64,000 nucleotides of DNA from Calditrichales bacterium (GTDB lineage: Bacteria; Calditrichota; Calditrichia; Calditrichales; J004): NCBI GenBank assembly GCA_965267575.1, contig OZ254086.1, positions 2,176,001 through 2,240,000 of the forward strand, read 5' to 3'. Positions 1 through 10,077 of this stretch are shown here, piece after piece. The translations under genes and the position numbers were made by a program. The notes under the pieces are model-generated. The model made no database searches. It was not told the DNA's origin and saw only the letters and a list, made by a program, of their open reading frames with translations. The first letter of the stretch is position 1, and each line of letters opens with the position of its first letter.

Positions 1-1
1 C

Positions 2-1774
2 TGGTCCGCGGAAGAAACATGGTGGCGCGCGCGCATACACCGAACTGTTGATACAGACTTCGATTTTTCCGTCGAACTTGACGGCAGCAGCGGATCGCCT
101 TTTAACTATGACATCGAACAATGGCATACATACGAGGTCATTCGCGACGGCATTGCCGATCAATATATCCAGATCGTAGACGGGGATACTATCCAGGTTG
201 TAACGCCCGCCGACTTTCCGGACGGAAAAATCTTAAATGAAGATTACAGCTTTCACCTTTGGGATGACAACCTGGTATATCGCTCCACAGTAAACGCTGT
301 CAGCGGTCTTGACACCGTTGAGGTTTTTGGCAATCGCTGGGTGGGATCCAGTGAAATGGTAGTCGATTTTGTAGAGATCCGCAGCGGCTACTATGATCCT
401 TCTTATTCGGTTACGCCCATTGGAAACATCCTGCTGCGCGAAGTTATTAACGAAATTGACGACGGTATAAGTGATGGCCCGTTCAAAGGCCCATATACAT
501 TTAATGCGCAAAACGGCAGGGTGATTATTCTGGCAACCGCAAAGGCTGAAGATCTTGGTATCCACGATGATGACGATGATCTGAAGATGATACTGTCGGA
601 CGGAACAAATTCCACGGATTTCGGCTATGACACGCCGCAAAGCTGGAATGGTCTTGGATTGGCGGGCGCTGTAAAAACCGTATTGATCGATACCATTCTA
701 AGCAGTGATTCTTATACGCTTTCTTTTGAAAGTGAAGTTACCCCCATACTTTACGACGCTACCGTCCTGGGCAGTCCTGACGGCGCGATTGTTTTAAACC
801 AGACCGTGGATGAAAGCGCGCCTGACGGCAGCAACAATCTGGAATGGAAAAGCTATAATTTTAGCACAGACCCGGGAGAGATTGTAGTTTACATCAGCGG
901 GAGCGCCGATGAAGAGCCGGGCTGGAATCATCTTAATGCCACAATTGACAGTACCGACGATGATGAATTACGTGTGGAGCTCAACGGTTACAATTTCGGG
1001 TGGGGCTCGGACAGTGCTTCCTTTGTAGGCAATACACTGTTCGGCGATAATAAGACACTTTGCTTCCGCGCAACGGTTGGTGGCGGAGAACAAACACTAA
1101 AACTTTTTACGCGCGAATCACCATTTGTACACAAAGTAATCGTTTTTGCGGAGAATGGTGATTATTCATTGCCCGTGTCTCTTACATCGCTTTCTGCTCA
1201 GCAAATGGATGGTTTTAACCGGATATCATGGATTGTGCAGTCGGAATTGAATAATGCAGGTTTTCATATTTATCGCGCTATAACGCAAGCGAATACGGCA
1301 CCCACCCGAGACGCCTACCGGAGAATTACGCAAAGCATCATCAGCGGACGTGGAAACGCTTCTTCGGCAAAGGAATATTTTTTTGACGACCATGCGCAGC
1401 CGGACTGCGGGTATAGCTGGTATATTGTTGAAGACATTTCCACAAGCGGCTCTAAGACAGAACACGGACCCGTTTCCATCTCGGTAGCATCGCCATTGGG
1501 TTATGATTTGAAGCAGAATTATCCAAATCCCTTTAACCCGGAAACGACTTTTGGCTTTGGCCTACCGGTGGAAGAAAAAGTTACGATTGAAATTTTTGAT
1601 GTGAATGGACGGCTGGTTGACATCGCGCTAAGCAAAAAAATGCCCGCCGGCAAACATACAATTTTATGGAAGGCAAATTCGGCCAACGGACGGCCATTAT
1701 CCAGTGGTGTTTATTACTATCGTCTGCGTACACTGAATTTCTCTACCATGAAAAAAATGGTTCTTATACGCTAA
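2..1774 (+). CDS. Secreted multi-domain protein with T9SS type-A-like C-terminal sorting domain; 5' end lies outside the window
   Basis: The frame is open from base 2 (WSAEETWWRARIH...WHTYEVIRDG...) into the 341..1774 ORF. The C-terminus has the 'LPVSLTSLSA..ISW.VQSELNNAGFHIYR' Ig-like module and a 'LKQNYPNPFNP..IEIFDVNGRLV..SSGVYYYRL..KKMVLIR' CTD. Confidence 0.8.
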   Translation, partial: WSAEETWWRARIHRTVDTDFDFSVELDGSSGSPFNYDIEQWHTYEVIRDGIADQYIQIVDGDTIQVVTPADFPDGKILNEDYSFHLWDDNLVYRSTVNAVSGLDTVEVFGNRWVGSSEMVVDFVEIRSGYYDPSYSVTPIGNILLREVINEIDDGISDGPFKGPYTFNAQNGRVIILATAKAEDLGIHDDDDDLKMILSDGTNSTDFGYDTPQSWNGLGLAGAVKTVLIDTILSSDSYTLSFESEVTPILYDATVLGSPDGAIVLNQTVDESAPDGSNNLEWKSYNFSTDPGEIVVYISGSADEEPGWNHLNATIDSTDDDELRVELNGYNFGWGSDSASFVGNTLFGDNKTLCFRATVGGGEQTLKLFTRESPFVHKVIVFAENGDYSLPVSLTSLSAQQMDGFNRISWIVQSELNNAGFHIYRAITQANTAPTRDAYRRITQSIISGRGNASSAKEYFFDDHAQPDCGYSWYIVEDISTSGSKTEHGPVSISVASPLGYDLKQNYPNPFNPETTFGFGLPVEEKVTIEIFDVNGRLVDIALSKKMPAGKHTILWKANSANGRPLSSGVYYYRLRTLNFSTMKKMVLIR

Positions 1775-1790
1775 AAAGACGATTTCCAAA

Positions 1791-2723
1791 GTGAGTTTAT
1801 ACGCACCTTTCGAGTGGTTCTATTTTGATCTGCATAGCGACGATGGTCTGGACCTCGTCTGTACCGTGCATCCGCATCCTTTCAACTCCGTTTTTAATAT
1901 TGCCCTTTGCGATATATACATTTACCGCGGGCAGGATACGATCCTCCATCATTTTTATGTAATTCCGCCACCGGAAAATATGAGTCCCGGTCCCGGATAT
2001 GATTTGATGCTCAATGACAACAACTACATTCAATATAAAAATGATTGTATCCGTGTCCGCTTACAAGATGACCGGCTAAACCTTCAGCTTGACCTGAATA
2101 AAGCTATCGAAGCGAAGTCGTTGCAGCGACACCCGCTCATCGATAATGTAGATTCTCATTCTTTTGATTGGATTGTCGCGGAAGGACGCACCCAGGCCAA
2201 CGCAGATATAACATTTGAAAACCGGCAATGGAATCTGAGCGGAGCCGGTTACCATGACTATAATTCCGGTAATATTAACCTTAAAAGTTCGTTGAAATAC
2301 TGGCTTTGGGCCAAGTTATATACGAAGGACGGCCTGCTGGTCGTCGGGAATATCGTCGATATCGAACATAACAACTGCAATATCTCGTTTATGCAGCACG
2401 GAGATAATCTGGTATTTGACGATCTTGTTGAGATTAGTGACCGGGGCAGTGAGGTTGTATATAAGGCCTTTAACAAAACGTTTACATTTAAACATATCCA
2501 AAAAGCGTTGGTTGATGAGGCCAATTTTTTCATGAACCCAAAAGACTATGCTTATTATTACACGGCAGGCCGGGAAGTAATATCCGGCCTTGTGCGTAGC
2601 CAAAAAAAGCTGAATTTTCTAAAGCGGCTTGTTAACAATACACACTACCGGCGCTTGAGGATCAGCTGTGAGGATGCAGCCGGTAATCCCGTAACGGGTT
2701 TTATGGAAGAGATGTATTTTTGA
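1791..2723 (+). CDS. CrtC (carotenoid 1,2-hydratase)/AttH/tocopherol-cyclase-like lipocalin-fold enzyme
   Basis: N-terminal 'FEWFYFDLHSDDG' and internal 'LSGAGYHDYNSG' motifs are typical of this family. GTG start. Confidence 0.6.
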   Translation: MSLYAPFEWFYFDLHSDDGLDLVCTVHPHPFNSVFNIALCDIYIYRGQDTILHHFYVIPPPENMSPGPGYDLMLNDNNYIQYKNDCIRVRLQDDRLNLQLDLNKAIEAKSLQRHPLIDNVDSHSFDWIVAEGRTQANADITFENRQWNLSGAGYHDYNSGNINLKSSLKYWLWAKLYTKDGLLVVGNIVDIEHNNCNISFMQHGDNLVFDDLVEISDRGSEVVYKAFNKTFTFKHIQKALVDEANFFMNPKDYAYYYTAGREVISGLVRSQKKLNFLKRLVNNTHYRRLRISCEDAAGNPVTGFMEEMYF

Positions 2724-5287
2724 TGACTGAATCCTACCTTCTTGAAGTAGATAAAAAAACAACACTTGAGACGGCAGGGGCAAAGGCCTATAATCTGGGA
2801 CGCTTAATCCGCTATAAATACAACGTTCCGTCCACACTTGTTTTATCGGTTGAGGCTTTCCGGACCTTTTTCAGGTATAATCGCCTGGATGACCTGTGGG
2901 TGGCGCTTAAGCGAACGGTTGCCGGCAATAAACCGCCTTCGCAGGTGGTGGAAGCCGCGGCCGCTTTAAGAAGAGCGGTAATAATGGGGGAAATTCCGGA
3001 AGATATTCACGGCCAGATTGCAGAAGCGGCGAACAGACACCACTGGCTTCACAGTTCCAAAGCGGCGGTACGTTCTTCAGCGATTAATGAAGATCTTGTT
3101 CAACACTCTTTTGCCGGGCAATATAGCTCTTATCTGAACGTGGAAACGGACAGCAGCTCGCTTGTACATGCCATCAAAGGTGTCTGGGCTTCGCAGTGGA
3201 GTGAAACGCTGGTAATTTATTGCCGCAAAAACGATCTGGATATACCCGGTCCTGAAATTGCGGTGATCATTCAGCAAATGGTAGATGCCGAAATCGCCGG
3301 TGTGCTGTTTTCGCGCAATCCCTATAATCTTAATGCCAATGAGATCATTGTAGAATATGTAAGCGGTCTGGGCGATGCCCTCGTTAGCGGGGAAAAGACC
3401 CCCACACACCTGGTTTATCAGCGGCGGCAGGCCAATTTTAAAAACGCCGATAAAACACTTACCCGCAGCAAAGAGACACCGCTGCGCCTGCTTATTGCCC
3501 AGGCTTTGCACCTTGAGAAAAAGACCGGGCTCAATGTAGACCTAGAATGGGCGCTCGCCGATAAACAAATCTACATATTGCAAATGCGGCCCATTACAAC
3601 AATGGGTCAGGGCATTTTGTGGACCGATGAAAACGTCGGCGAGGTTATCCCGGATATTGTAACACCGTATTCGTGGAGTATCCTTAATCCGATCACCAAT
3701 AACGCCTTCCGCAATTATCTTAGTCATGCCGGTATTGAAAATTATCCCCCCGGCGGGCTGTTTGGGCTTTTTAACGGGAAGGTCTATTTCAACAGAAGCG
3801 CGTTTCAGGAGACACTGGATTATTTCTATCCAAGCAGTTATTTGCGCAAACTCAGCGAAGAAGGTGCATCACGCGCTAAGAAGATTCGCCGCCTATTGCT
3901 GTTTCCGCTACAGATTGCAAAAGCCCTGCTGCGTTTTTACGGGTTTTCGCAAAAGCTACCCGCCCGGATTAATGCATTCTACAAAAACCATAAAGACTTA
4001 CTGGCAAAGTGCGGCTATAAAAAAGACCAAACTGTCGGCCATGCTTTGCGTTCCGCGCGTTCGATTGTACAAAGCCATGAGCAGACGATGTTCCTGCATA
4101 TCAGCGACACTATTTTTGCGGAGCTTTTTTATCAGGTACTGCGCAAGTTAGGCGCACGCTGGCTTCCGGCGGAATACTCCGTTGACAGATTGCTTAGCGG
4201 ACTGGATGGGGCCGAGAGTGTCAAGAGCGGTGAGGCACTGTGGGAAATCGCTCAAAAGGTGCGCGGAGAGCAAAAACTAGAAGAGGTCTTTGCCAAAAGC
4301 ACCGTGCCGGAAATCGAAGTGTTGATAAAACAGCCTGAATTTAAAGAGATACGCCGCGATATCGGTGCCTTTATTCGCGATTACGGTCATGGAGCGCTGC
4401 ATGAGTTTGAGCTGCTTTTTCCGCGCTGGTGGGAAGACCGCGCTTACATTTACACCAACATTAACAACTACCTGGAAAACCCTTCTTTCGATTTGCCAAA
4501 GCATAAGGCGGAATTGCGTCGCCGGCGCGAAGAACTTTATGAGCAGGCGCTAAAAAAACTGTCATTTTTAAAGCGTATGTTTTTTAAATTCCTGTATCGC
4601 AAGGCGGTATTTTTTAGCACCCATCGCGAAAATCTCAAGCAGCGTTTTTTGATGGCTCACAGCCTGCTAAAAAAGCATCTGTTGCACATTGGAAGGCATT
4701 TAAAACACAAAGCCGTTTTTGCCGCCGGCAAGGATATCTTTTTTGTGGAGCATGAAGAAATCCCGGCTTTACTGAATGATGAAAACTTTGCAATGAACAT
4801 AATGCCGGAAATTGAAAAACGCCGTAAGCGCCGTTCGGAAAATAAGAAAAGCAGGCACCCGCGACGGCTGATGCAAATCGGGGAAACCTGGAAACCGCTT
4901 TATGACGAGTCGGAAGAGACATCCGCGGACATGAACGGTATCGGCTGTAGCAGCGGCCTGGTGGAAGGCCCTGTTCGGGTGATCGAGGATGAAAGTATGT
5001 TTGTCCATTTGCAAAAAGGTGAAATCCTGGTTGCCAAATCTACAAACCCGGGCTGGACACCGTTGTTTGTAAGCGCGGCCGGCGTCATTACGGAAATCGG
5101 CGGGGCGCTGTCACACGGGGCTATCATCGCGCGTGAATACGGCTTGCCGATGGTAGCGGCGGTAAACAATGCCACGCGTCAGCTTAAGACAGGCGATATT
5201 ATCCGCCTTAATGGCGACAGCGGGCATATCACAATTTTAAAGGCACAAACGGAAAGTAATGGCCAGAATTCTGCTGATACCCAGTGA
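2723..5287 (+). CDS. PEP-utilising enzyme, rifampin phosphotransferase/PigC-like architecture (ATP-grasp + substrate domain + C-terminal phospho-His swivel)
   Basis: ATP-grasp motifs 'GAKAYNL', 'AVRSSA.NED...SFAGQY', 'DLEWA..YILQMRPIT'; central 'WTDENVGEVIP..TPYSWS'; swivel 'TNPGWTPLF..GGALSHGAIIAREYGLP'. The ATG overlaps the upstream TGA (TGATG). Confidence 0.85.
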   Translation: MTESYLLEVDKKTTLETAGAKAYNLGRLIRYKYNVPSTLVLSVEAFRTFFRYNRLDDLWVALKRTVAGNKPPSQVVEAAAALRRAVIMGEIPEDIHGQIAEAANRHHWLHSSKAAVRSSAINEDLVQHSFAGQYSSYLNVETDSSSLVHAIKGVWASQWSETLVIYCRKNDLDIPGPEIAVIIQQMVDAEIAGVLFSRNPYNLNANEIIVEYVSGLGDALVSGEKTPTHLVYQRRQANFKNADKTLTRSKETPLRLLIAQALHLEKKTGLNVDLEWALADKQIYILQMRPITTMGQGILWTDENVGEVIPDIVTPYSWSILNPITNNAFRNYLSHAGIENYPPGGLFGLFNGKVYFNRSAFQETLDYFYPSSYLRKLSEEGASRAKKIRRLLLFPLQIAKALLRFYGFSQKLPARINAFYKNHKDLLAKCGYKKDQTVGHALRSARSIVQSHEQTMFLHISDTIFAELFYQVLRKLGARWLPAEYSVDRLLSGLDGAESVKSGEALWEIAQKVRGEQKLEEVFAKSTVPEIEVLIKQPEFKEIRRDIGAFIRDYGHGALHEFELLFPRWWEDRAYIYTNINNYLENPSFDLPKHKAELRRRREELYEQALKKLSFLKRMFFKFLYRKAVFFSTHRENLKQRFLMAHSLLKKHLLHIGRHLKHKAVFAAGKDIFFVEHEEIPALLNDENFAMNIMPEIEKRRKRRSENKKSRHPRRLMQIGETWKPLYDESEETSADMNGIGCSSGLVEGPVRVIEDESMFVHLQKGEILVAKSTNPGWTPLFVSAAGVITEIGGALSHGAIIAREYGLPMVAAVNNATRQLKTGDIIRLNGDSGHITILKAQTESNGQNSADTQ

Positions 5288-6566
5288 CCACGGTGGCGGC
5301 ATGGGACATGTGTCGCGCTGCACCTACCTGGCGGAATTGTTCAGAAAACAGGGGCATGGGGCCGCAGTGGTACTGGAACAAAAACACTTCAAGCAGTTCG
5401 CAAAAAACGACGGTAATTTTTTTCTGCTGAAAACAGCGGCGGAAAGATTTGTAAAATACCAGATGAAGCGTCCGCGTAAACCATCGGTTAGGCTAAAAAG
5501 TCGCGTACTGAAGCGGCCCGTTTTTGTGGAGTTCAGCGGTCTGGCCTACCAGGTGCCGCGCGACGCTTACGTCAGTACGAAAATTGTACGCTACCGCCTG
5601 CACAATCTGTTAAAAAGTATTGATACCTATAAACCCGATTTGCTGGTGGGTGACGGGCATTTTCTTAGCTGGCTGGCCGGTCGCTCTCGTTCTTTGCCCG
5701 TGTCACAGATAACGCGGCTTGCCGGTTTTCCGCCGCAGCCGGATTTTTTGTGGTGGGACGGCAAGGCAGCCGATTTGAAACAGCCCGATGCTTTGGCGCC
5801 TTTCGTGCCTTTACTGGAGCATATGAAGCTGGATGCCGAGGTTGCCAAGATAGAAGATCTGCTGCAGGGTGATCGCTACATCATTCCTGCTATATCCGAA
5901 GTAGAGCCGGTTGCTCAAAAGGATAACGTTATTTTCAGCGGACCTCTGGCCGATACTGCCAATGGCACAAATGCCGATTATTTCCCGGAAGATTTGCACT
6001 ATCCTAAAATTTACGTAACCATTGGCGGCGGGGCCGGGCGCAGCAATGAAAAGCGCTTTTTTGACGCGCTGGTTCAGACCTTCAAAGATCAGGAGTATCA
6101 GCTTGTGGTCTCCACAGGCCGGCGCGTGGCGGCTTCGTCATACAGGAAGAAAGCGCATAATATCCTGTTTGAAGATTGGGTCAGCGGGCGAGACGCCATT
6201 CGTCAGAGCGACCTCGTGATTTTTCACGGTGGCTACGGAACCATGCTGGAAATTCTGGATGCCGCGCGGCCGGCGGTGGTGCTGCCTTCGCATACGGAAC
6301 AGCAGGGCAATGGCAAACGCCTGGAGCAACTTGCCGTTGGCCGGCAACTGGATTTGGCCGTGCAAAGGGACAAAATGTGTTTTAACTGGCCTTATGGCGA
6401 TTACGAAATGGGCGCGCGTTTTGATTTCTCTTTCCCCGGCGAAGAACTGCTGCAAACTGTGCATGACCTGATCTACGGGGATACATTCGACAAGGCGCAA
6501 AAGCTATCGCAAAAATTAAAAGAAGCCCGCGAAAATTTTAACGTAAACGCACTTTTGGACATCTGA
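5259..6566 (+). CDS. GT-B fold glycosyltransferase (GT1/GT28-like, small-molecule or lipid acceptor)
   Basis: N-terminal 'GGGMGHVSR' and C-terminal 'IYVTIGGG', 'DWV..DLVIFHGGYGT..E..P..EQ..N' nucleotide-sugar-binding signature. Confidence 0.85.
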   Translation: MARILLIPSDHGGGMGHVSRCTYLAELFRKQGHGAAVVLEQKHFKQFAKNDGNFFLLKTAAERFVKYQMKRPRKPSVRLKSRVLKRPVFVEFSGLAYQVPRDAYVSTKIVRYRLHNLLKSIDTYKPDLLVGDGHFLSWLAGRSRSLPVSQITRLAGFPPQPDFLWWDGKAADLKQPDALAPFVPLLEHMKLDAEVAKIEDLLQGDRYIIPAISEVEPVAQKDNVIFSGPLADTANGTNADYFPEDLHYPKIYVTIGGGAGRSNEKRFFDALVQTFKDQEYQLVVSTGRRVAASSYRKKAHNILFEDWVSGRDAIRQSDLVIFHGGYGTMLEILDAARPAVVLPSHTEQQGNGKRLEQLAVGRQLDLAVQRDKMCFNWPYGDYEMGARFDFSFPGEELLQTVHDLIYGDTFDKAQKLSQKLKEARENFNVNALLDI

Positions 6567-6567
6567 C

Positions 6568-7224
6568 GTGAACAAAGAAGCAACCATCGACAGGCAGCAT
6601 TATTACGATCGTAAATACCTGCGGCGGGAACGCATGTTCTCTTTCGTGGAGCAGATCGAGCTGGTAAAAGAGTACGTCCGGCAGGACGACAGTATCGTGG
6701 AAATAGGCAAGGGCAACGGTTTTGTGCAATCTTTTTTGCAGACTTACCTGGGCTATGATGTTAAAACGGTTGACGTGAACGAATCGCTGCAGCCGGAAAT
6801 AGTGGACGATATCGTTAATCCGCAAAAGCTAAAACCCAAAAGCTGCGACGTTGTTTTATGCTACGAGGTGCTGGAGCATATGCCTTTTGAACAATCGGTT
6901 AAGGCGGTGCGCAACATGGCTGATATTGCCCGGCGTTATGTAATTATTTCGCTACCGGATATGCGTTACTTTTTCTCTTTGCGTGCTGTTTTGTTTGGAA
7001 CGCTGCCCGTCAGCTTTGCCCGCCTGCTCTCCACGCGCCGTTTTCGTAAGCGCAGCAAAAAGTTCGGCGATGACCATCACTGGGAGATCGGCATTGAGTG
7101 GGGTGGCACCGAGTACAGCGAAGAGTACGTTTGCCGAGAGTTGTTTAAAGATCTGAAACTGGAAAAGCACTATCGTGATATCCACGTACCCTGGCATCAC
7201 TATTTTGTTGTACGCGTTGGCTGA
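6568..7224 (+). CDS. Class I SAM-dependent methyltransferase
   Basis: Motif I 'IVEIGKGNG' and 'DVVLCYEVLEHMP'. Confidence 0.85.
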   Translation: MNKEATIDRQHYYDRKYLRRERMFSFVEQIELVKEYVRQDDSIVEIGKGNGFVQSFLQTYLGYDVKTVDVNESLQPEIVDDIVNPQKLKPKSCDVVLCYEVLEHMPFEQSVKAVRNMADIARRYVIISLPDMRYFFSLRAVLFGTLPVSFARLLSTRRFRKRSKKFGDDHHWEIGIEWGGTEYSEEYVCRELFKDLKLEKHYRDIHVPWHHYFVVRVG

Positions 7225-7381
7225 TTTTAGGATAAATCGAAAAGAGCTAAGAATTGCTCCCGGTCAGTCCGGGTCAGGGCCAAAAAAAATAAACACCTAT
7301 TTTTTACTATGTTAATTCCATAATCCTGTCCGATGATTGTTCATCAAATGTCAAATTATTTAACAAATATTGCTGTAAGCC

Positions 7382-8827
7382 ATGCCCGATTTTAATGACA
7401 TACAGAAAAAGTCCGGACAGGGTATCAAGTGGGTTGGCTTTATTGAGCTTTTTACCCGCATCATTCAGTATATCACCACCATCGTACTGGCCCGCCTGCT
7501 TACACCGGAAGACTTTGGCGTTATCGGTATTGCCCTGGTTTTTACGCAGCTGGCCATGGTCCTTTTCGATTTCGGCTTTTCCAGCGCCCTGATCCAGAAA
7601 AAAGAATTGCGCAGGGGGCATCTGACGACGGCGTTTTCGCTCTATTTGTTGCTCATCGTTTTTTACGCCTTGGCTTTTTACCTGGCTGCCCCGTTCGTTG
7701 CGGCCTTTTTTGAGATCGCCGTTTTGGAAAGTGTTCTGGTTTGGCTGATTGCTATGCTGTTTTTTTATGCGTTCAGCGCGCTTCCGTCGGTTTTGCTGCA
7801 ACGGGATATGCGCTTTAAGCAGCTTAGTCTGGCACAATTCAGCTCTGCGGTAGTTTATGCCGCTGTAGCCATGGCGGCGGCGTTTTCGGGATTTGGCGTC
7901 TGGAGCTTTGTTTACGCCATCATCAGCGAGCAGCTTGCCTTATCGGTGATTTTGATTGTTTTGTCCGGCTGGCGTCCGGCCATTGGTTTTGACAGGGCGG
8001 CTTTTGATGATGTTTTTAGTTTTGGCAGCCACGTTATGGGTACGCGCATCGTCGCCTTTATAAACGCCCAGGCGCCCAGCTTTGTCATCGGCAAGATGTT
8101 GGGGGCAACTGCTCTGGGGTACTACCAGATCGCCTACCAGCTCATCGATTTTCCGGTGCAGAGAATTTCCAAGAATGTGCTGCGGGTTATGTTTCCCGCC
8201 TTTTCAAAACTACAGGACAAAAAAGAAGAGTTCGTATTGCTCTATAAGCGTGTCACATACTATCTGAATCTCATTCTAATGCCGCTTTTCCTGCTGCTGG
8301 CGCTTACCGCACGTGACCTTGTGCCTCTGCTATACGGCCCCGCCTGGCTTGATGCGATCGTACCTTTGCAGATATTATGTGTGGCCGGTTTTGCGCGCAG
8401 CTTGTGGACAACGGCAAGCGTTATTTTTCTTTCGCAGGGCAGACCCGGGTTGGAGTTTAAAATTAATCTCGGTTTTTCGATTGTATTGATTCCCGCCTTA
8501 ATTTTCGCAGCCACACTTTCGCTTGACTGGGTAGCTCTGGCGTTGTCGCTTTGTGTTGCCATGTTCCTGCTACTGGCGCTCTACCGTTCCTGGCGGATTG
8601 TGGGATTAACGATACGCAGCATGTGGCCGCAGTACGCGACGGCCGTTTACAGCAGTTTGTTACTGGCTGTTGCTTTGGCTGCTTTTCAAATGTTTTTCCT
8701 GAATTTTGCCCCCCTGATTAATGTAATCATCACAATTTGCGGTGCTTTAATCGTGTACGTTTTAGTACTTTATATTTTTGACAGGAAAATAATAAAACAG
8801 GCTGTTCAATTTGTGGGGATGCGCTGA
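7382..8827 (+). CDS. Wzx/PST-family polysaccharide flippase (WzxC/TuaB-like)
   Basis: 'LARLLTPEDFG', 'DFGFSSALIQ', 'IGKMLGATALGYY', 'VMFPAFSKLQ'; many hydrophobic helices. Confidence 0.9.
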   Translation: MPDFNDIQKKSGQGIKWVGFIELFTRIIQYITTIVLARLLTPEDFGVIGIALVFTQLAMVLFDFGFSSALIQKKELRRGHLTTAFSLYLLLIVFYALAFYLAAPFVAAFFEIAVLESVLVWLIAMLFFYAFSALPSVLLQRDMRFKQLSLAQFSSAVVYAAVAMAAAFSGFGVWSFVYAIISEQLALSVILIVLSGWRPAIGFDRAAFDDVFSFGSHVMGTRIVAFINAQAPSFVIGKMLGATALGYYQIAYQLIDFPVQRISKNVLRVMFPAFSKLQDKKEEFVLLYKRVTYYLNLILMPLFLLLALTARDLVPLLYGPAWLDAIVPLQILCVAGFARSLWTTASVIFLSQGRPGLEFKINLGFSIVLIPALIFAATLSLDWVALALSLCVAMFLLLALYRSWRIVGLTIRSMWPQYATAVYSSLLLAVALAAFQMFFLNFAPLINVIITICGALIVYVLVLYIFDRKIIKQAVQFVGMR

Positions 8828-10057
8828 TTGGAAAAAGAATCCGCTGTTTACGATGTAGCGATAGTCGGCGCAGGTCCTGCCGGTTCTGCCGCGGCGATCA
8901 GCTGCCGCCGGCAAGGCCTTAGCTCGGTGCTGATTGACAAGGCCGCTTTCCCGCGTGACAAATTGTGCGGCGATGGAATTCCGCTAAAAACCTTTAACCT
9001 GCTGCAGGAATTGGGTTTTGAGGAAAAACATCTTTTCTTGAAGGGCTATAAAATAAGCCGTCTCAAGGTATGGTCACCGGATTGTAAGTTGGTTGAATAC
9101 GGAGATGTAAAGCCCGATGCCAGCACAAAGAGCGGCTGTATTCCGCGCTATTTTTTTGATCACATGCTTTATCAGAAAGCAGCCGAACAAGCAAACAAGG
9201 TACTCGATAATCATAAGCTTGAAAAACTGGAACAGAAAAACGGCTATTATAGCCTGACGCTTAAATCGCTTCGTCACAACAAAACGGCGGAAATCAATGC
9301 GCGCTTTGTTCTTGGCGCTGACGGAGCCAATTCCTTTGTGGCAAGAACCGCGGGTATGTTGCCGCGCGACCAGCAACATCATTTTGATGGCTTGCGCTGG
9401 TATTATGGCGGCAAAAAATTTGATTCAAGCGTGCACCTTTTTTATGATAAGCGCGCTCTACCCGGTTATGTCTGGGTATTTCCGGTTGCCGAAGATAAGG
9501 CCAACGTGGGCATTATGACCGACAAACGGCATAAGCGGGATGGAAAAACAATCCGTGATCTTTTTCTGGAAATCCTTGAAAACAATCCCCGTTTAAAGGA
9601 GTTATTGGATGGAGCCCAACCGCTGGATAATATCAAAGGTGCTCCGCTTCCGTTAGGCACATTGCCGGGCTCCAGAATAAAAGATGGCATTTTACTGATT
9701 GGTGACGCGGCGGCCTTTATTAATCCCGTAACGGGAGGGGGTATTTACTTCGCCGTCGCCAGTGGCATAAAGGCGGCAGAGTTTTGTGCCTCAGCCATTG
9801 ATGATAATGGAGGGGCAAATTATAAGGCGCTTTTGCCATATGAGGCATGGTGGCGAAAAGAGATTCTGCCCGGATTTGAGTATTCGGGCTGGTTGAAAAA
9901 ACGTTTTGAATCGCTGATGTTTACGCGCTTCTTCTTAAATGCGGCATCACGGTTAAAGCCGTTCGCCAATTTTTTTATTATGGTTTACGGAAGGCCGTTG
10001 CCGAAACATGCCTTCAGACACCCGTTTTTTTGGCTTAAGGTCATGTTAACACGCTAG
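8828..10057 (+). CDS. Geranylgeranyl reductase-family FAD-dependent oxidoreductase (copy 1)
   Basis: 'DVAIVGAGPAG', 'FPRDKLCGDG', 'GADGANS', 'GYVWVFP', 'LIGDAA.FINPVTGGGI'. TTG start directly after the flippase stop. Confidence 0.85.
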   Translation: MEKESAVYDVAIVGAGPAGSAAAISCRRQGLSSVLIDKAAFPRDKLCGDGIPLKTFNLLQELGFEEKHLFLKGYKISRLKVWSPDCKLVEYGDVKPDASTKSGCIPRYFFDHMLYQKAAEQANKVLDNHKLEKLEQKNGYYSLTLKSLRHNKTAEINARFVLGADGANSFVARTAGMLPRDQQHHFDGLRWYYGGKKFDSSVHLFYDKRALPGYVWVFPVAEDKANVGIMTDKRHKRDGKTIRDLFLEILENNPRLKELLDGAQPLDNIKGAPLPLGTLPGSRIKDGILLIGDAAAFINPVTGGGIYFAVASGIKAAEFCASAIDDNGGANYKALLPYEAWWRKEILPGFEYSGWLKKRFESLMFTRFFLNAASRLKPFANFFIMVYGRPLPKHAFRHPFFWLKVMLTR

Positions 10058-10077
10058 AAATTTTATGGAAAAGGTAT

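Noticed and set aside
2723-7224. Campylobacter-type O-methyl phosphoramidate pathway
   Set aside because: Kinase-like and methyltransferase genes are present, but the nucleotidyltransferase, amidotransferase and adenylylsulfate-kinase-like genes are not in the window.
2723-10057. Rifamycin-resistance island (RPH + glycosyltransferase + flavoprotein)
   Set aside because: The architecture resembles RPH, but I saw no rifamycin-associated element palindrome. The flavoproteins are GGR-like rather than Rox-like, and the flippase/CrtC context suggests biosynthesis.
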